This document shows positions 27,159 to 36,813 of a DNA stretch of 64,000 bases, in pieces. Position 1 is the stretch's first letter; every line of letters begins with the position of its first letter. The stretch is taken from contig CAWFOU010000001.1 in assembly GCA_963817525.1 (NCBI GenBank), forward strand, positions 1,056,001-1,120,000. The letters are read 5' to 3'. Below the pieces are notes generated by a model. It saw only the letters and a list, made by a program, of their open reading frames with translations. It did no database searches and was not told the origin of the DNA. Source of the DNA: an uncultured archaeon (lineage in GTDB: Archaea; Thermoproteota; Nitrososphaeria; Nitrososphaerales; Gagatemarchaeaceae). Position numbers and translations under genes: made by a program.

Positions 27159-29153
27159 TCATTGACCCTTGAAGTCCGGCTCCTTCTTGGAGAGGAAGGA
27201 GCTGATGCCCTCAGAGGCGTCCTGGGTCGAGACGGCGAGGCCGAAGCCGCCGGCCTCGAAGAGCTGCCCTGCGTCCGCCGACGAGCCTTGCTGGGCTAGG
27301 TTGATGGCGCTCTTCGAGAGCCTCAGGGCGATGGGGGCGCGCTTTGCGAGCTTCATCGCGAAACTCTCCACCTCCGCCTGGAAACTCTCGTTTGCAAAGA
27401 CCCTGTCGAGGAGCCCCAGCTTGAGCGCCTCCTGCGCCTGGAGCCGCTCCCCGAAGTATATCATCTCCTTCGCCTTGCTCAGCCCGACCAGGCGCAGAAG
27501 CCTCTGTGTCCCGCCCGCCCCCGGAATGATCCCGAGGCTGGTCTCCGTGAGGCCGATCTGGCTCGACTCCGAGGCAAGCCGGAAGTCGCACGCCAGGGCG
27601 AGCTCGCAGCCCCCGCCGAACGCGTAGCCGTTTATCGCCGCGACCACGGGCTTTGGCATCTTCTCGAAGAGGGTGAAGACCTCGAACATCCTCCTCGCCG
27701 ACTCGAACGCCTTCAGGGGGGATGTGAACTCGAACGCGGTCAAGTCCGCCCCGGCGCAAAACGCCTTCCCTCCCTCCCCTGAGATCACGACCACCCTTAT
27801 CGTCCCGTCCTTGGCGAGATCGTTCGCGACGGCCTCGAGTTCGTCCATCATCTTCGGGGTGACGGTGTTGTGCCGATGCGGGCGGTTGAGCGTGACCCAC
27901 CCGAGCGGGGGCGCCTTCCTGAGGACGACCTCTTCCAACCTGGTCTCTTTCGAGCCGTATTCATAAAAACCTCTTCCCGTGGGCGAGCCAAGTTCGCCCC
28001 GCGCCACCATCTGGACGAGCAGAGGGTCGGGGGCGTAGGCCTGCCCGTGGGCGGCCTGCTTTCGCCGGAGGGCCGCGACCGCCCGGTCGATCCCCCACCC
28101 GTCCGCCATCCGGAGTATGCCTTCAGGGAAGCCGAGCCCTAGCTTCACGGATGCGTCTAGGTCGTCCCTCGAGCAGACCCCGTTCCGCAGGAGCCATGCC
28201 GCCGCGTTTATCCCGACGGAGAAGACCTCGAGCGGGTCGAGTGCCTCGCCCTCGGCGCGGGCGTACGACGCCCCGCCCGCCGAGTATTCGTAAAAGCCCG
28301 CGCCGCTCTTCCGCCCGAGCTTGCCCGCCTTTACCATCGCGCCGAGCGCGGGGGCGACGGGCAGCGATGAGGCGTCCCTGGCCTTCATCGTCTGCGAGGC
28401 CGCATAGATGATGTCGATCCCCGTGTAGTCCGCGAGCTCGAAGAGGCCCATCGGGAGGCCCACCTTGTAGACGCAGCACGAGTCTACCTCCCTCACCGTC
28501 GCCTCTCCCCTCTCCACGACCCACGCGGCCTCGTTGATCATCGGGCCGATTATCCTGTTGACGATGAACCCGGGGACGTCCTTCTCGCAGACCACGACCT
28601 GCTTTCCCAGCCCCTTGCAGAAGGCGACAGCCCTCTCGACCGAGCCTGCGCTGGTACTCTCGCCCTTGACGACCTCGACGAGCGGCATCATAACGGGCGG
28701 GTTGAAGAAGTGGATTCCCACGACGTCTCCTGGCCTGCTCGTCGCCGCGGCGATCTCGGAGATGGGGATGCTGCTGGTGTTGGTGGCGAGCAGCGACCGT
28801 TGCGTCAGCGCGTCCAGCCGGGCGAATAGTGCCCTCTTCAGTTCGAGGTTCTCGGGAGCGGCCTCCACGACGAGGTCGCACCGGGCGGCGTCCTCCAGGG
28901 AGGTGGTCGCGGTGATGGCCGCGCCGGCCTCCTCCGCCTTCTTGCTCGTGATGGCGCCCTTCTCCGCGAGCTTGTTGAGGCTCCACCTGATCTTCTCCAT
29001 CCCTGCGCCCACGAAGCGCGCCTCCACATCGTAGAGGACGACGCTGTGCCCAGCTAGCGCCGCCACCTCGGCTATCCCGTGGCCCATCGTTCCCGCGCCG
29101 AGGACCGCGACCGAACGGATGGAAGTGGTTTCACGCGGTGCGCTCACGGTCAA
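27159..29153 (-). CDS. Bifunctional 3-hydroxyacyl-CoA dehydrogenase / enoyl-CoA hydratase
   Basis: GAGTMGHGIA, TNTSS, HFFNP, PGFIVNR; AFCAGAD, GGGCE, PGAGGT. Confidence 0.94.
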   Translation of the reverse strand: MTVSAPRETTSIRSVAVLGAGTMGHGIAEVAALAGHSVVLYDVEARFVGAGMEKIRWSLNKLAEKGAITSKKAEEAGAAITATTSLEDAARCDLVVEAAPENLELKRALFARLDALTQRSLLATNTSSIPISEIAAATSRPGDVVGIHFFNPPVMMPLVEVVKGESTSAGSVERAVAFCKGLGKQVVVCEKDVPGFIVNRIIGPMINEAAWVVERGEATVREVDSCCVYKVGLPMGLFELADYTGIDIIYAASQTMKARDASSLPVAPALGAMVKAGKLGRKSGAGFYEYSAGGASYARAEGEALDPLEVFSVGINAAAWLLRNGVCSRDDLDASVKLGLGFPEGILRMADGWGIDRAVAALRRKQAAHGQAYAPDPLLVQMVARGELGSPTGRGFYEYGSKETRLEEVVLRKAPPLGWVTLNRPHRHNTVTPKMMDELEAVANDLAKDGTIRVVVISGEGGKAFCAGADLTAFEFTSPLKAFESARRMFEVFTLFEKMPKPVVAAINGYAFGGGCELALACDFRLASESSQIGLTETSLGIIPGAGGTQRLLRLVGLSKAKEMIYFGERLQAQEALKLGLLDRVFANESFQAEVESFAMKLAKRAPIALRLSKSAINLAQQGSSADAGQLFEAGGFGLAVSTQDASEGISSFLSKKEPDFKGQ

Positions 29154-29209
29154 GTTATCCTGTGGAGGCGGCGGGCCGCCTTCGTAAAAGACTTGCTTGG
29201 CGACCCAGC

Positions 29210-29440
29210 TCAGCCGGGAGGCGGAGAGATCATGATTATGTTGTCTCCCCTGACGATCAGCGTCCCTAGGGAGCTCGACTTGCCATCCGCGGAGATGTCC
29301 TCTGCCTTTTCGAGCGAGAGGTTCATGTGCTGGTCGAAGCCCTGCAGGGAGCCCCGGATCACCTTGCCCCCCTTCAGCTTGATGAGGACCACTTTGCCGA
29401 CGCTCGTCTCGAGAGCCTTTATCGCCATGTCCGCGGACAT
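29210..29440 (-). CDS. Sm/Lsm-like protein (SmAP)
   Basis: GSLQGFDQHMNL, LIVRGDNI; start ATG 29440. Confidence 0.93.
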   Translation of the reverse strand: MSADMAIKALETSVGKVVLIKLKGGKVIRGSLQGFDQHMNLSLEKAEDISADGKSSSLGTLIVRGDNIIMISPPPG

Positions 29441-29519
29441 TGTGTCTAATTGCACCGGTTGAGATTGGGCGTCGCAGGCTGGCTTTATTAAATTGACGTA
29501 TTCGGCGTCCCTCTGAGAA

Positions 29520-30008
29520 TTGAAGAGACAGGTTGTGTCAAAGCACGACTCGAGGGAGCTCATCGCCGAGATCGAGCGCTCCACGGGCGTCCATCTGGAG
29601 GTCCCCCGATCGGCCCAGGTCGAGATCCTGGAGCCCGACGAGCAGACCAAGTTCGTGATAATCGACGGCAGGTTCACCTTCGTCAGCGGAGGCCCGGGAG
29701 GTGGGTACCTCCCCTACGTAGGGTCGGCGGACGCTGTCGGACTCTTCCCCTCGGTCTCGATAGATGAGGGCGCGGTGAAGTACATCATCAAGGGGGCCGA
29801 CGTGATGCGCCCCGGGATCTCAAAGTACGACGACTGGGGGGACGCAGGGAAGCTGGTGGTGGTGAGGGAGGACCAGAAGGGAAGGGCAGCCGCGGTGGGG
29901 AGGACCGCAGTCGCCAGCTCCGAGATGGCCGAGCTCAAGAAGGGGAACTGCGTCAAGAACCTTCACCACGCGGGTGACAAGTTCTGGAACTCGTACAAGA
30001 AGATTTGA
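29520..30008 (+). CDS. PUA-domain RNA-binding protein (DUF1947/MCT-1-like)
   Basis: IDEGAVKYIIKGADVMRPGI, NLHHAGDKFW. Confidence 0.88.
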   Translation: MKRQVVSKHDSRELIAEIERSTGVHLEVPRSAQVEILEPDEQTKFVIIDGRFTFVSGGPGGGYLPYVGSADAVGLFPSVSIDEGAVKYIIKGADVMRPGISKYDDWGDAGKLVVVREDQKGRAAAVGRTAVASSEMAELKKGNCVKNLHHAGDKFWNSYKKI

Positions 30009-30032
30009 CCTCACGTTCTATATATCGGATTT

Positions 30033-30392
30033 ATGTTTAAAAGCCGGGGCAATCTCTCGAAGGGTGATAAGATCAGTTTGGAATCGAGCTTGACAACCGA
30101 GGAGTCTGGAGAGGCCGGCGCGCAGGAAGGAGGGGGCATGCTGCTGAAGGCTCTGCAGCTCAGGAGCGCTGACGACCTCCAGGCGATACAGGATGACGTG
30201 GCGAAGAGGACCATCGTGATATTGCGGGTCACCCCATTGGCTCAGAAGAGCGTCGAGGACCTGAAGGCCGTGGTCGAGCAGCTCTACGAGTTCGCGACCT
30301 CCATAGGCGGGGACATCGCGAGGCTTGGCGAGGAGAGGATCGTCATAACGCCTCCCGGCGTCCGCATCTGGAGAGGCTCGCTCTCCGGCTAG
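30033..30392 (+). CDS. sepF: SepF-family cell division protein (start uncertain, possibly 30078-30138)
   Basis: IVILRVTPL, IGGDIARLGEERIVITPPGVRIW. Confidence 0.8.
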   Translation: MFKSRGNLSKGDKISLESSLTTEESGEAGAQEGGGMLLKALQLRSADDLQAIQDDVAKRTIVILRVTPLAQKSVEDLKAVVEQLYEFATSIGGDIARLGEERIVITPPGVRIWRGSLSG

Positions 30393-32302
30393 AATACGCG
30401 GATCGCTTCTTGGACGGCCGGCCTGAGCGCCGGCACCCTGTATATGCGCTGTATCACGTAGGCCAGGTTCTCGATCTTCCTCTTGTCCCCGTGCTGGACG
30501 ATCACCTGCTGGAGCTTCGGGCGCATCTTCCCGATGAATCGGATTATCTGGTTGTAGTCGCTGTGGCCGCTGAACCCGTCGACCTTCTCGGTGCTGGCGT
30601 TCACGTCCACGATCTTGATCTTGCCGTTGTCGCCGAGGAGGCTCGCCTGGTGTGTGCCGTCAAGGACGCGCCTGCCCAGAGTCCCCTGCACCTGGTAGGA
30701 GACGAAGAGTATCTTGTTCCTCTCTGACGGGGCGATGTGCTCGAAGTACTGGAGCACCGGGCCGCCCTCGAGCATCCCCGAGGTCGCCATGATCACCGCG
30801 GGACCTTCCCTGAGGGCCTCGTCCCTGTTGGAGGGGTGCTCGATGGAGGTGAAGTACTCGCTCACGAAGGGGTTGACACCCTGCTCGAGTATCTTGCTCC
30901 GTAGCTCCCTTGAGAGGTAGTCCGCGTAGGAGACGTGTATAGCGGTCGCCTCGGAAATCATCCCCTCGAGGAAGACGGGCGCCTCGGTCAAGACCTTGTT
31001 CCTCATGTAGTGGTCGAGCACGAGGATTATCTCCTGCGCCCTCCCCACCGCCGGTATCGGGATGAGGACCTTCCCGCCGCTCGCGAGGGTGCTGTTGATC
31101 GCCCTGACGAAGTTCATCTCCACCTCCTCTCGGGCCGGCATTATGTCCTCCTTGTTCCCGTAGGTGGCCTCGGTGATCAGCGTCTCCACGCGCGGGTAGT
31201 TCCAGCTCGCGGAGTCGAAGAGTTGCGTCCTGCCGTACTTGTAGTCGCCCGTGTAGACTATGTTATGGACCCCCTCCCCTATGTGGAGGTGCACGGTCGC
31301 GGAGCCCAAGATGTGGCCAGCGTTGTTGAGGACGAGCTTGATGTCTGGAGAGATGTCGGTGACGGTCCCGTACTGGAGCGTGATGGTGTGCTGTATGAGG
31401 TCCCTGATGTCCTTCTGGTCGTAGAGGACCCTCCCCCCTTCCATCTGGGCGATCTTGATGAAGTCGTTCTGGAGGAGGGTCATCAGGGGCAGGGTGGGCT
31501 CCGTGCAGTAGACGGGGCCTTCGTAGCCGAACTTGTAGAGCGCCGGGAGGAAGCCCATGTGGTCGAGGTGCGCGTGGCTCAGGACGACCGCGTCGAGCTC
31601 GTTGAGGTTGACGTCCGCCCAGTCCAGCCTGGGGTAGGCGTCCCAGCTGTTCTTCGCGCCTGGGGATATGCCCGCGTCCATGAGGACCTTGCTCTCGGAG
31701 GTCTCGACCAGCCAGCAGGACCTCCCCACCTCCTGCCCGGCCCCGAGGCACTTTATCGTGACCTGCTCGGCGGACGTGTACCTAGGCCTGAAGATGGTCT
31801 CGCCGAGCTCCCTGTAGAACTTCTCCCTCACGTCGCTCCCCGTCCTCAACGCATAGTACATGCTCTGGATCGCCGAGGACGCGATGTGCGGCGCCTTCCG
31901 CACCTTGATCTTCCACCCGGTCTGCCCCATGAGATCCCCCAGGTCGTATCCGACGTCGGCTGAGAGGACTCGGGGGTTGCTCGCCTCGACCGTGACCTCG
32001 CCGGTCGCGTCGTCGAAGAAGAAGTTGGAGACGCCCGCCTCGACGGGGAACTTCTTCTCGAGGATCGTCTTGGCGTCCTGCTCTGGCTTCCTTATCGACT
32101 TCTCGGTGCGGGTGACCACCCGCTTCTTCACCGTGTTCACTATCTCGGAGATGATGTAGTTGTTCTGGTGGAGGTACTTTGGGTTCTTGGTGTAGAGCGC
32201 GATCCTAGGGCCCTCGTATTCTATCCTGGTTATCTGAGCCTCCGCTGGGATACTGTTTAGAATCGTCCCCATGAGGCTTACGTGATTTGCCTTTTGCGCC
32301 AA
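30389..32302 (-). CDS. Beta-CASP ribonuclease aCPSF1 / FttA
   Basis: N-terminal KH (IEYEGP), EVGRSC, SHAHLDH, AGHILGS, TSGMLEGGP, FSGHSD. Confidence 0.95.
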   Translation of the reverse strand: MAQKANHVSLMGTILNSIPAEAQITRIEYEGPRIALYTKNPKYLHQNNYIISEIVNTVKKRVVTRTEKSIRKPEQDAKTILEKKFPVEAGVSNFFFDDATGEVTVEASNPRVLSADVGYDLGDLMGQTGWKIKVRKAPHIASSAIQSMYYALRTGSDVREKFYRELGETIFRPRYTSAEQVTIKCLGAGQEVGRSCWLVETSESKVLMDAGISPGAKNSWDAYPRLDWADVNLNELDAVVLSHAHLDHMGFLPALYKFGYEGPVYCTEPTLPLMTLLQNDFIKIAQMEGGRVLYDQKDIRDLIQHTITLQYGTVTDISPDIKLVLNNAGHILGSATVHLHIGEGVHNIVYTGDYKYGRTQLFDSASWNYPRVETLITEATYGNKEDIMPAREEVEMNFVRAINSTLASGGKVLIPIPAVGRAQEIILVLDHYMRNKVLTEAPVFLEGMISEATAIHVSYADYLSRELRSKILEQGVNPFVSEYFTSIEHPSNRDEALREGPAVIMATSGMLEGGPVLQYFEHIAPSERNKILFVSYQVQGTLGRRVLDGTHQASLLGDNGKIKIVDVNASTEKVDGFSGHSDYNQIIRFIGKMRPKLQQVIVQHGDKRKIENLAYVIQRIYRVPALRPAVQEAIRVF

Positions 32303-32305
32303 ACC

Positions 32306-32965
32306 TTAACTGCGTCCCGCAAACTGAGCGAGGAGCTTCTCCTTCTCCTGCTCTGATACCTCTCTGAAGCCCGCCTTGTCTATTATGGCGATGTCGAAGT
32401 GGTCGCCGGTGTAGACGTTGCGCCTCGTGGCCGCGATTATCGCGTTCGCCGCCAGCGTCACTCCCTTTGCGACGCCCATTCCCTCCTGGAACCCTTCCTC
32501 AAGGACCCCGAAGGCGACTGGAGAGCCGCTCCCGGTGGCCGTCACCTTCTCAGGGATGGCCGAGCCGAAGAGGTCGACGTTGTAGATGGAGCCGCCCGCG
32601 CTATCGTAGCCTCCCACCAGGACTATGGCGATGTACGGGTAGTAGCGCGAGCCGAAGAGGATGTTGGAGAGTATCCTGGCCGCGGACTTTACGGGCAGCG
32701 GTATCCCCTTCTCGATCCTATACGAGTTCGCATAGTACTTCAGGCTGTCCACGACGTTCTGGGCGTCCGCCACCCCTCCCGATATCGTGACCGCGAGATG
32801 GCGGTCGACCTGGAGGAGCTTCTTGCCCCTCTTGTGGGCGATGAAACCTCCGGCGGTGACCCTTGTGTCCGTCGCCAGGACCACTCCGTCGGAGCAGACG
32901 ATGCCCGCGGTCGTGGTCCCGTGGTACTTTGCCTGTTCGGGAATCTTCTGGCTGGTAGTGTTCAA
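32306..32965 (-). CDS. psmB: Proteasome beta subunit (catalytic)
   Basis: Propeptide then HG/TTT, DTRVT, GSGS. Confidence 0.93.
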   Translation of the reverse strand: MNTTSQKIPEQAKYHGTTTAGIVCSDGVVLATDTRVTAGGFIAHKRGKKLLQVDRHLAVTISGGVADAQNVVDSLKYYANSYRIEKGIPLPVKSAARILSNILFGSRYYPYIAIVLVGGYDSAGGSIYNVDLFGSAIPEKVTATGSGSPVAFGVLEEGFQEGMGVAKGVTLAANAIIAATRRNVYTGDHFDIAIIDKAGFREVSEQEKEKLLAQFAGRS

Positions 32966-33059
32966 GCTCTATCTTCTCTCTCTATCTGAATCGATGATTA
33001 ATTGTATATGCATCCGGAATGCCCCCGGGAGAGGACGAAAAATGGTTGAAGTGCCTCGC

Positions 33060-33785
33060 TTAATTAACCTTCCGACGGGCGAGGCCCTCCTCGAGAACGT
33101 ACGCGCGGATTGCACGTGTCCGGCCGGCGAGCTTCCAGCGCTCTCTTCTCTGCGTGATCCGACCGATCGCGTATAGCGAAGCAAGGAAGACGATCGACGG
33201 GATGGGGGCGATTGGAGGCCGCCCTTCTTCGTCGGCTGCTTCCGATGACGCGTGAGGGGGGTTTTTCGTGGGAACGGCCCCGTCGGGTTTCCAGACGAAG
33301 CGCATGGACATGAGATACGTGACCGGGTAGGCCACGATAGCCCCCACGACGTTCCCGATCACCGGGTTGACGGCCAACGCAGCCAAGAGGGAAAATTGGA
33401 CCCCCAGTATGGCTGCGTTTCCCAGTGCGTTCACGCCCTCGAACTTGAGCAATCGGATGGGAAGGCCGTGCGAGCCGTCTTCCTTGTGAGTCCTGTGATA
33501 CTGGACCGTGAAGCGCTCATTCAGGGAGAAGGAAAGGGCGACCCCCAAAGCGAGCGCCGCCACCTCGAACGCCAACAAGATCGGTGAAGAGGAGCCTTTG
33601 CTCGGGACGGACAGTCTGCCGTAGAGGAGGAAGACGCCGAGGGTAAGTATCCCTTCAGCGAGAAGGAACCCCGTACCCGCGGCGACCCCGAACTTGGCCA
33701 GCTTGAAGAAATGATATTTCTTGTCGAGGTCTATGACTTTCTGTTTGACGCCGGTCCCCGCCGGCGGGGGGCTTCGGCGGTCCAA
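33060..33785 (-). CDS. GtrA-family membrane protein
   Basis: KLAKFGVAAGTGF, SFSLNERFT, LLKF, TYLMSMRFVW; lower GC. Confidence 0.72.
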   Translation of the reverse strand: MDRRSPPPAGTGVKQKVIDLDKKYHFFKLAKFGVAAGTGFLLAEGILTLGVFLLYGRLSVPSKGSSSPILLAFEVAALALGVALSFSLNERFTVQYHRTHKEDGSHGLPIRLLKFEGVNALGNAAILGVQFSLLAALAVNPVIGNVVGAIVAYPVTYLMSMRFVWKPDGAVPTKNPPHASSEAADEEGRPPIAPIPSIVFLASLYAIGRITQRRERWKLAGRTRAIRAYVLEEGLARRKVN

Positions 33786-33797
33786 TTAGGACCTCGG

Positions 33798-34073
33798 CTA
33801 TGCCTTGCTCTTTCGGCCTAGAAGCACGCCAGCAAGGATCCCTGCGCCGAGGGTGACGCCTACAGCTAGGAAGGGATGCTTTCTCACAGCCTGCCTGCTG
33901 TCGTCGACGGATTCGCTCACCCTGACGCGAACTTGATCGGCCCTCTTGCCGTATTCCTTCCTTAGGCCGTCCATAGCGTGAGTGACGTCATCGGTCCTGC
34001 TCTCATACTCCTTCCTGATGCTCTTTGCGATCTCGCTAGGCTCAGGCGTCTTGGTGTCTGCTCTCTTTGCCAT
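33798..34073 (-). CDS. DUF883/ElaB/YqjD-like tail-anchored protein
   Basis: Helical body then VRKHPFLAVGVTLGAGILAGVLLGRK. Confidence 0.78.
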   Translation of the reverse strand: MAKRADTKTPEPSEIAKSIRKEYESRTDDVTHAMDGLRKEYGKRADQVRVRVSESVDDSRQAVRKHPFLAVGVTLGAGILAGVLLGRKSKA

Positions 34074-34150
34074 TTTTGGTCATAGCCCAAATAGGGCGGG
34101 TGGCCTAATCGCTTTGCGCGCATGGACCTGGTGGATTCTTCGAGAGCAGA

Positions 34151-34200
34151 GTTCTGGCTCATGGCGCGTCTTCGGTTACCGTGAATGGGTCGGTGCAAGC
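34151..34200 (+). repeat. Degenerate copy of the cassette/MITE left-end motif
   Basis: gttctggc..tggcgcgtcttcgg...ggtgcaag versus tggcgcgtcttagg...ggtgcaag at 11772-11818. Confidence 0.45.
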
Positions 34201-34306
34201 GCCGATTTCGTCCGGGCTTGATCCCGAATCCTTGGCGCGCGACCTCACAGGTTGACGCAGCAAAGCTGGGAAGCTTTTATCCCCGGCCTTGCCGGGACGA
34301 AGCCGA

Positions 34307-35347
34307 ATGCCGCTGGGCTCCCACACGATGGAGTTCCCTCGGCGGATCCGCATAGGGGACGGGATCCTCGGGGAGCTCGGTCACTTCGTCGAGTTCCCCC
34401 CGGGCAAGAGGTCGGCGGTCATAGCATCCGGGGCGAACGTGAGGGAGAAGCTGAGGGGAGTGGTCACAAAGTCTCTGGGCGTCCCCGTGGAGTGGGTGGA
34501 GGTCGACGCCTCCGACATGCGTAACGTCGAGAGGGTGATGAAGGCCTCGTCCAAGGCGTACTGCATCATCGGGATAGGCGGCGGGAAGAGCGTGGACGTT
34601 GGGAAGCTGGCGGCCTACAGGAAGAACCTTCCCTTCTTCTCGGTCCCTACAAGCGCGTCGCACGACGGGATCTCTAGCCCGTTCGCCTCGATATCGGGGA
34701 CGGGTACCCACTACTCGGAGCGCGCGAAGCCTCCGGTGGGGATACTCGCCGACATCGGGGTCATAGCCGCCGCCCCCAAGAGGCTCGAGGCGGCGGGGTG
34801 CGGGGACCTCGTCTCGAAGCTCACGGCAGTGAAGGACTGGGAGCTGGCGAGCGAGGAGGCGGGGGAGTACTACGGGGGCTACGCGGCCAACCTCGCCCTC
34901 ATGAGCGCCCAGGTCTTCCTCGACGGCTCGAAGGAGATCGGGGCTTACGACAGAGAGTCGGCACGGGCCTTGGTGGAAGGCCTGATCAGCGCGGGGGTCG
35001 CGGCGGGGATAGCCGGGAGCAGCCGCCCCTGCAGCGGGTCAGAGCACCTCTTCAGCCACGCGCTCGACGCGATCTCCCCCGGGAAGGGTCTCCACGGGGA
35101 ACAATGCGGGATCGGGACGATAATGATGGCGTCCCTCCACGGGCTCGACTGGAAGAACGTGAGGAGGGCGCTCCTAGACGTAAAGGCGCCGACGACGGGG
35201 GCAGAGCTCGGGATCACCGACGAAGAGGTGGTCAGGGCATTGGTCGAGGCCCCATCCATTAGGCCTGACCGCTACACTATCCTCTCGAAGGTCAAGCTCA
35301 ACAGGAAGACCGCGACCGAGCTCGGCCGCAAGACGGGCGTGATTTAG
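34307..35347 (+). CDS. egsA: sn-Glycerol-1-phosphate dehydrogenase
   Basis: GGGKSVDVGK, PTSASHDG, SSRPCSGSEH, LHGEQCG, RYTIL. Confidence 0.95.
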   Translation: MPLGSHTMEFPRRIRIGDGILGELGHFVEFPPGKRSAVIASGANVREKLRGVVTKSLGVPVEWVEVDASDMRNVERVMKASSKAYCIIGIGGGKSVDVGKLAAYRKNLPFFSVPTSASHDGISSPFASISGTGTHYSERAKPPVGILADIGVIAAAPKRLEAAGCGDLVSKLTAVKDWELASEEAGEYYGGYAANLALMSAQVFLDGSKEIGAYDRESARALVEGLISAGVAAGIAGSSRPCSGSEHLFSHALDAISPGKGLHGEQCGIGTIMMASLHGLDWKNVRRALLDVKAPTTGAELGITDEEVVRALVEAPSIRPDRYTILSKVKLNRKTATELGRKTGVI

Positions 35348-35351
35348 CGCA

Positions 35352-36137
35352 CTAGGCCGTCTGCTTCGCTTCTTCCTTGTTCTCGGCCGGAGCCTCTTCC
35401 TTGTTCTCGGCAGGGGCCTCTGGGGCAGCCTTTGCCTTGGCCTTGCCCGCCTCCTCCTTGCGCGGGTAGACCTCGGTGAAGGTGACCTTTTGCACCTCGG
35501 GTACGAAGTGCAGGACGTCGTTTGCTATGCCCCTCTTGATGAATTGCAGACCTTCGACCAGGAAGGCCTCGTCGGGTATGGTCACCGAGACGTCTCCGTC
35601 GCTCTGGGCGAACGCGAGCTTCTCGCCTTCCCCGGGGAAGCGCCTCTTGATGAGGGAGCGGATGGTGTCATCGCCTGCCTCGACCTTCCTTGTGACCTCG
35701 ATGTCGTAGACCAGCGTCTTGCCCGCGAGCTTGTGGTTAAAGTCCACCTGCGCCCTCCCGGAGCCTATGAACCGGACCACGGCGACCCGGTTGTCGATCT
35801 CCACCTCGTCCCCCACCCTCAGCTCGTCCGCCTTCTCCCCGAACTTGCGCAGGGGCACCATCCTCAGGAGGGTCGGGTCCCTTCCTCCCCATGCCCTGTC
35901 GGGTGGGAGCTCGGCGGTCTTCTTTTCGCCCACGTCCATCTTGGATATCTCCTCGTCGAGGCCCTTCAGCACCCAATCCTCCCCGACCGCCACGAGGCGG
36001 GGCTCGTACCTGCGGTCCGCGTCGTAGATGTTGAGCTTCTTGGCCTCCTCCTCCAGGGTCGACTCTATGGGGTCGCCAGTGTCCTTGACCTTGGCCGTGT
36101 AGTTCACGTATACGAGAGTGCCTTTAGCGAATGCCAT
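35352..36137 (-). CDS. FKBP-type peptidyl-prolyl isomerase (long archaeal type)
   Basis: VNYTAK, LKGLDE, PDRAWG, VDFNHKLAGKTL. Confidence 0.92.
   Translation of the reverse strand: MAFAKGTLVYVNYTAKVKDTGDPIESTLEEEAKKLNIYDADRRYEPRLVAVGEDWVLKGLDEEISKMDVGEKKTAELPPDRAWGGRDPTLLRMVPLRKFGEKADELRVGDEVEIDNRVAVVRFIGSGRAQVDFNHKLAGKTLVYDIEVTRKVEAGDDTIRSLIKRRFPGEGEKLAFAQSDGDVSVTIPDEAFLVEGLQFIKRGIANDVLHFVPEVQKVTFTEVYPRKEEAGKAKAKAAPEAPAENKEEAPAENKEEAKQTA
35371..35418. repeat. 24-bp imperfect in-frame tandem repeat (APAENKEE x2) in the FKBP tail
   Basis: tcttccttgttctcggc(cggagcc/aggggcc) twice. Confidence 0.85.
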
Positions 36138-36184
36138 TTAGTATGAAGCACTATTGCCGTTCCGGGTCAGTTTAAATGCTTTAG

Positions 36185-36800
36185 GGGTTCGGCACTGAAT
36201 GGCTCAATTCTAACCCACGGATGTTTCCCAGCATCCCCCGGTGCGCGTAGACGCCAAGGATGGGCTTCTCGCTCCCGAGGATATAGAGAGATATTTTGTG
36301 CACCATCAGCAATAGCTTTGCGTGAGGCAAGCTATACATTCTCGCTGGAGCTGCATGTAACGACAGCTCGTGTCAAAGTCTCCCCGAAAACCCTCGACAT
36401 CGCCAAAGGGCAAGATGAAGCTCTCGATCTCGTTCGGACAGAGAGAAGAAGACGGCACGATGTTCATAGAGTACAGGGAGGAGAACGCGAAGGACATGGA
36501 GGAGGCGCGCTAGCAATGGGAGAACAAAGCGTCTCGCCGTTGCGGGGGAGGATAGAGTCAGACCCTGACGGAGTGAGGGCTCGTTTGACAATCTGTCAGC
36601 AGTGCAGGGAGAATGAGGTAGAGCCGGGCTCAGAATGCTGTACCGTGTGCCTCATCATGTTCGCGATGCTCAAGACCAGAGCATGTTGCGACCCATTCTA
36701 GGGCCTCCCGAGCACATTCCAGGGCACGAGTCTGTTGCCACGTTACCGCACCCCATGCCGACCCGTCCTGGCCTTCCCGTATGAATTCGGTGCCGAAGCC
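36185..36800. mobile_element. Inverted-repeat-bounded lower-GC insertion carrying small ORFs
   Basis: gggttcggcactgaat (36185-36200) and attcggtgccgaagcc (36785-36800) are 14/16 inverted repeats at the edges of the FKBP-aminotransferase intergenic gap. Confidence 0.45.
36516..36701 (+). CDS. Small Cys-rich protein (CQQC...CCTVC...CC)
   Basis: ATG 36516 preceded by ggagg; Zn-finger-like Cys spacing. Confidence 0.4.
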   Translation: MGEQSVSPLRGRIESDPDGVRARLTICQQCRENEVEPGSECCTVCLIMFAMLKTRACCDPF

Positions 36801-36813
36801 AAGTGCTTGGTGC

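Noticed and set aside
35371-35418. 24-bp repeat as a regulatory or mobile signal
   Set aside because: In-frame duplication in a low-complexity protein tail.
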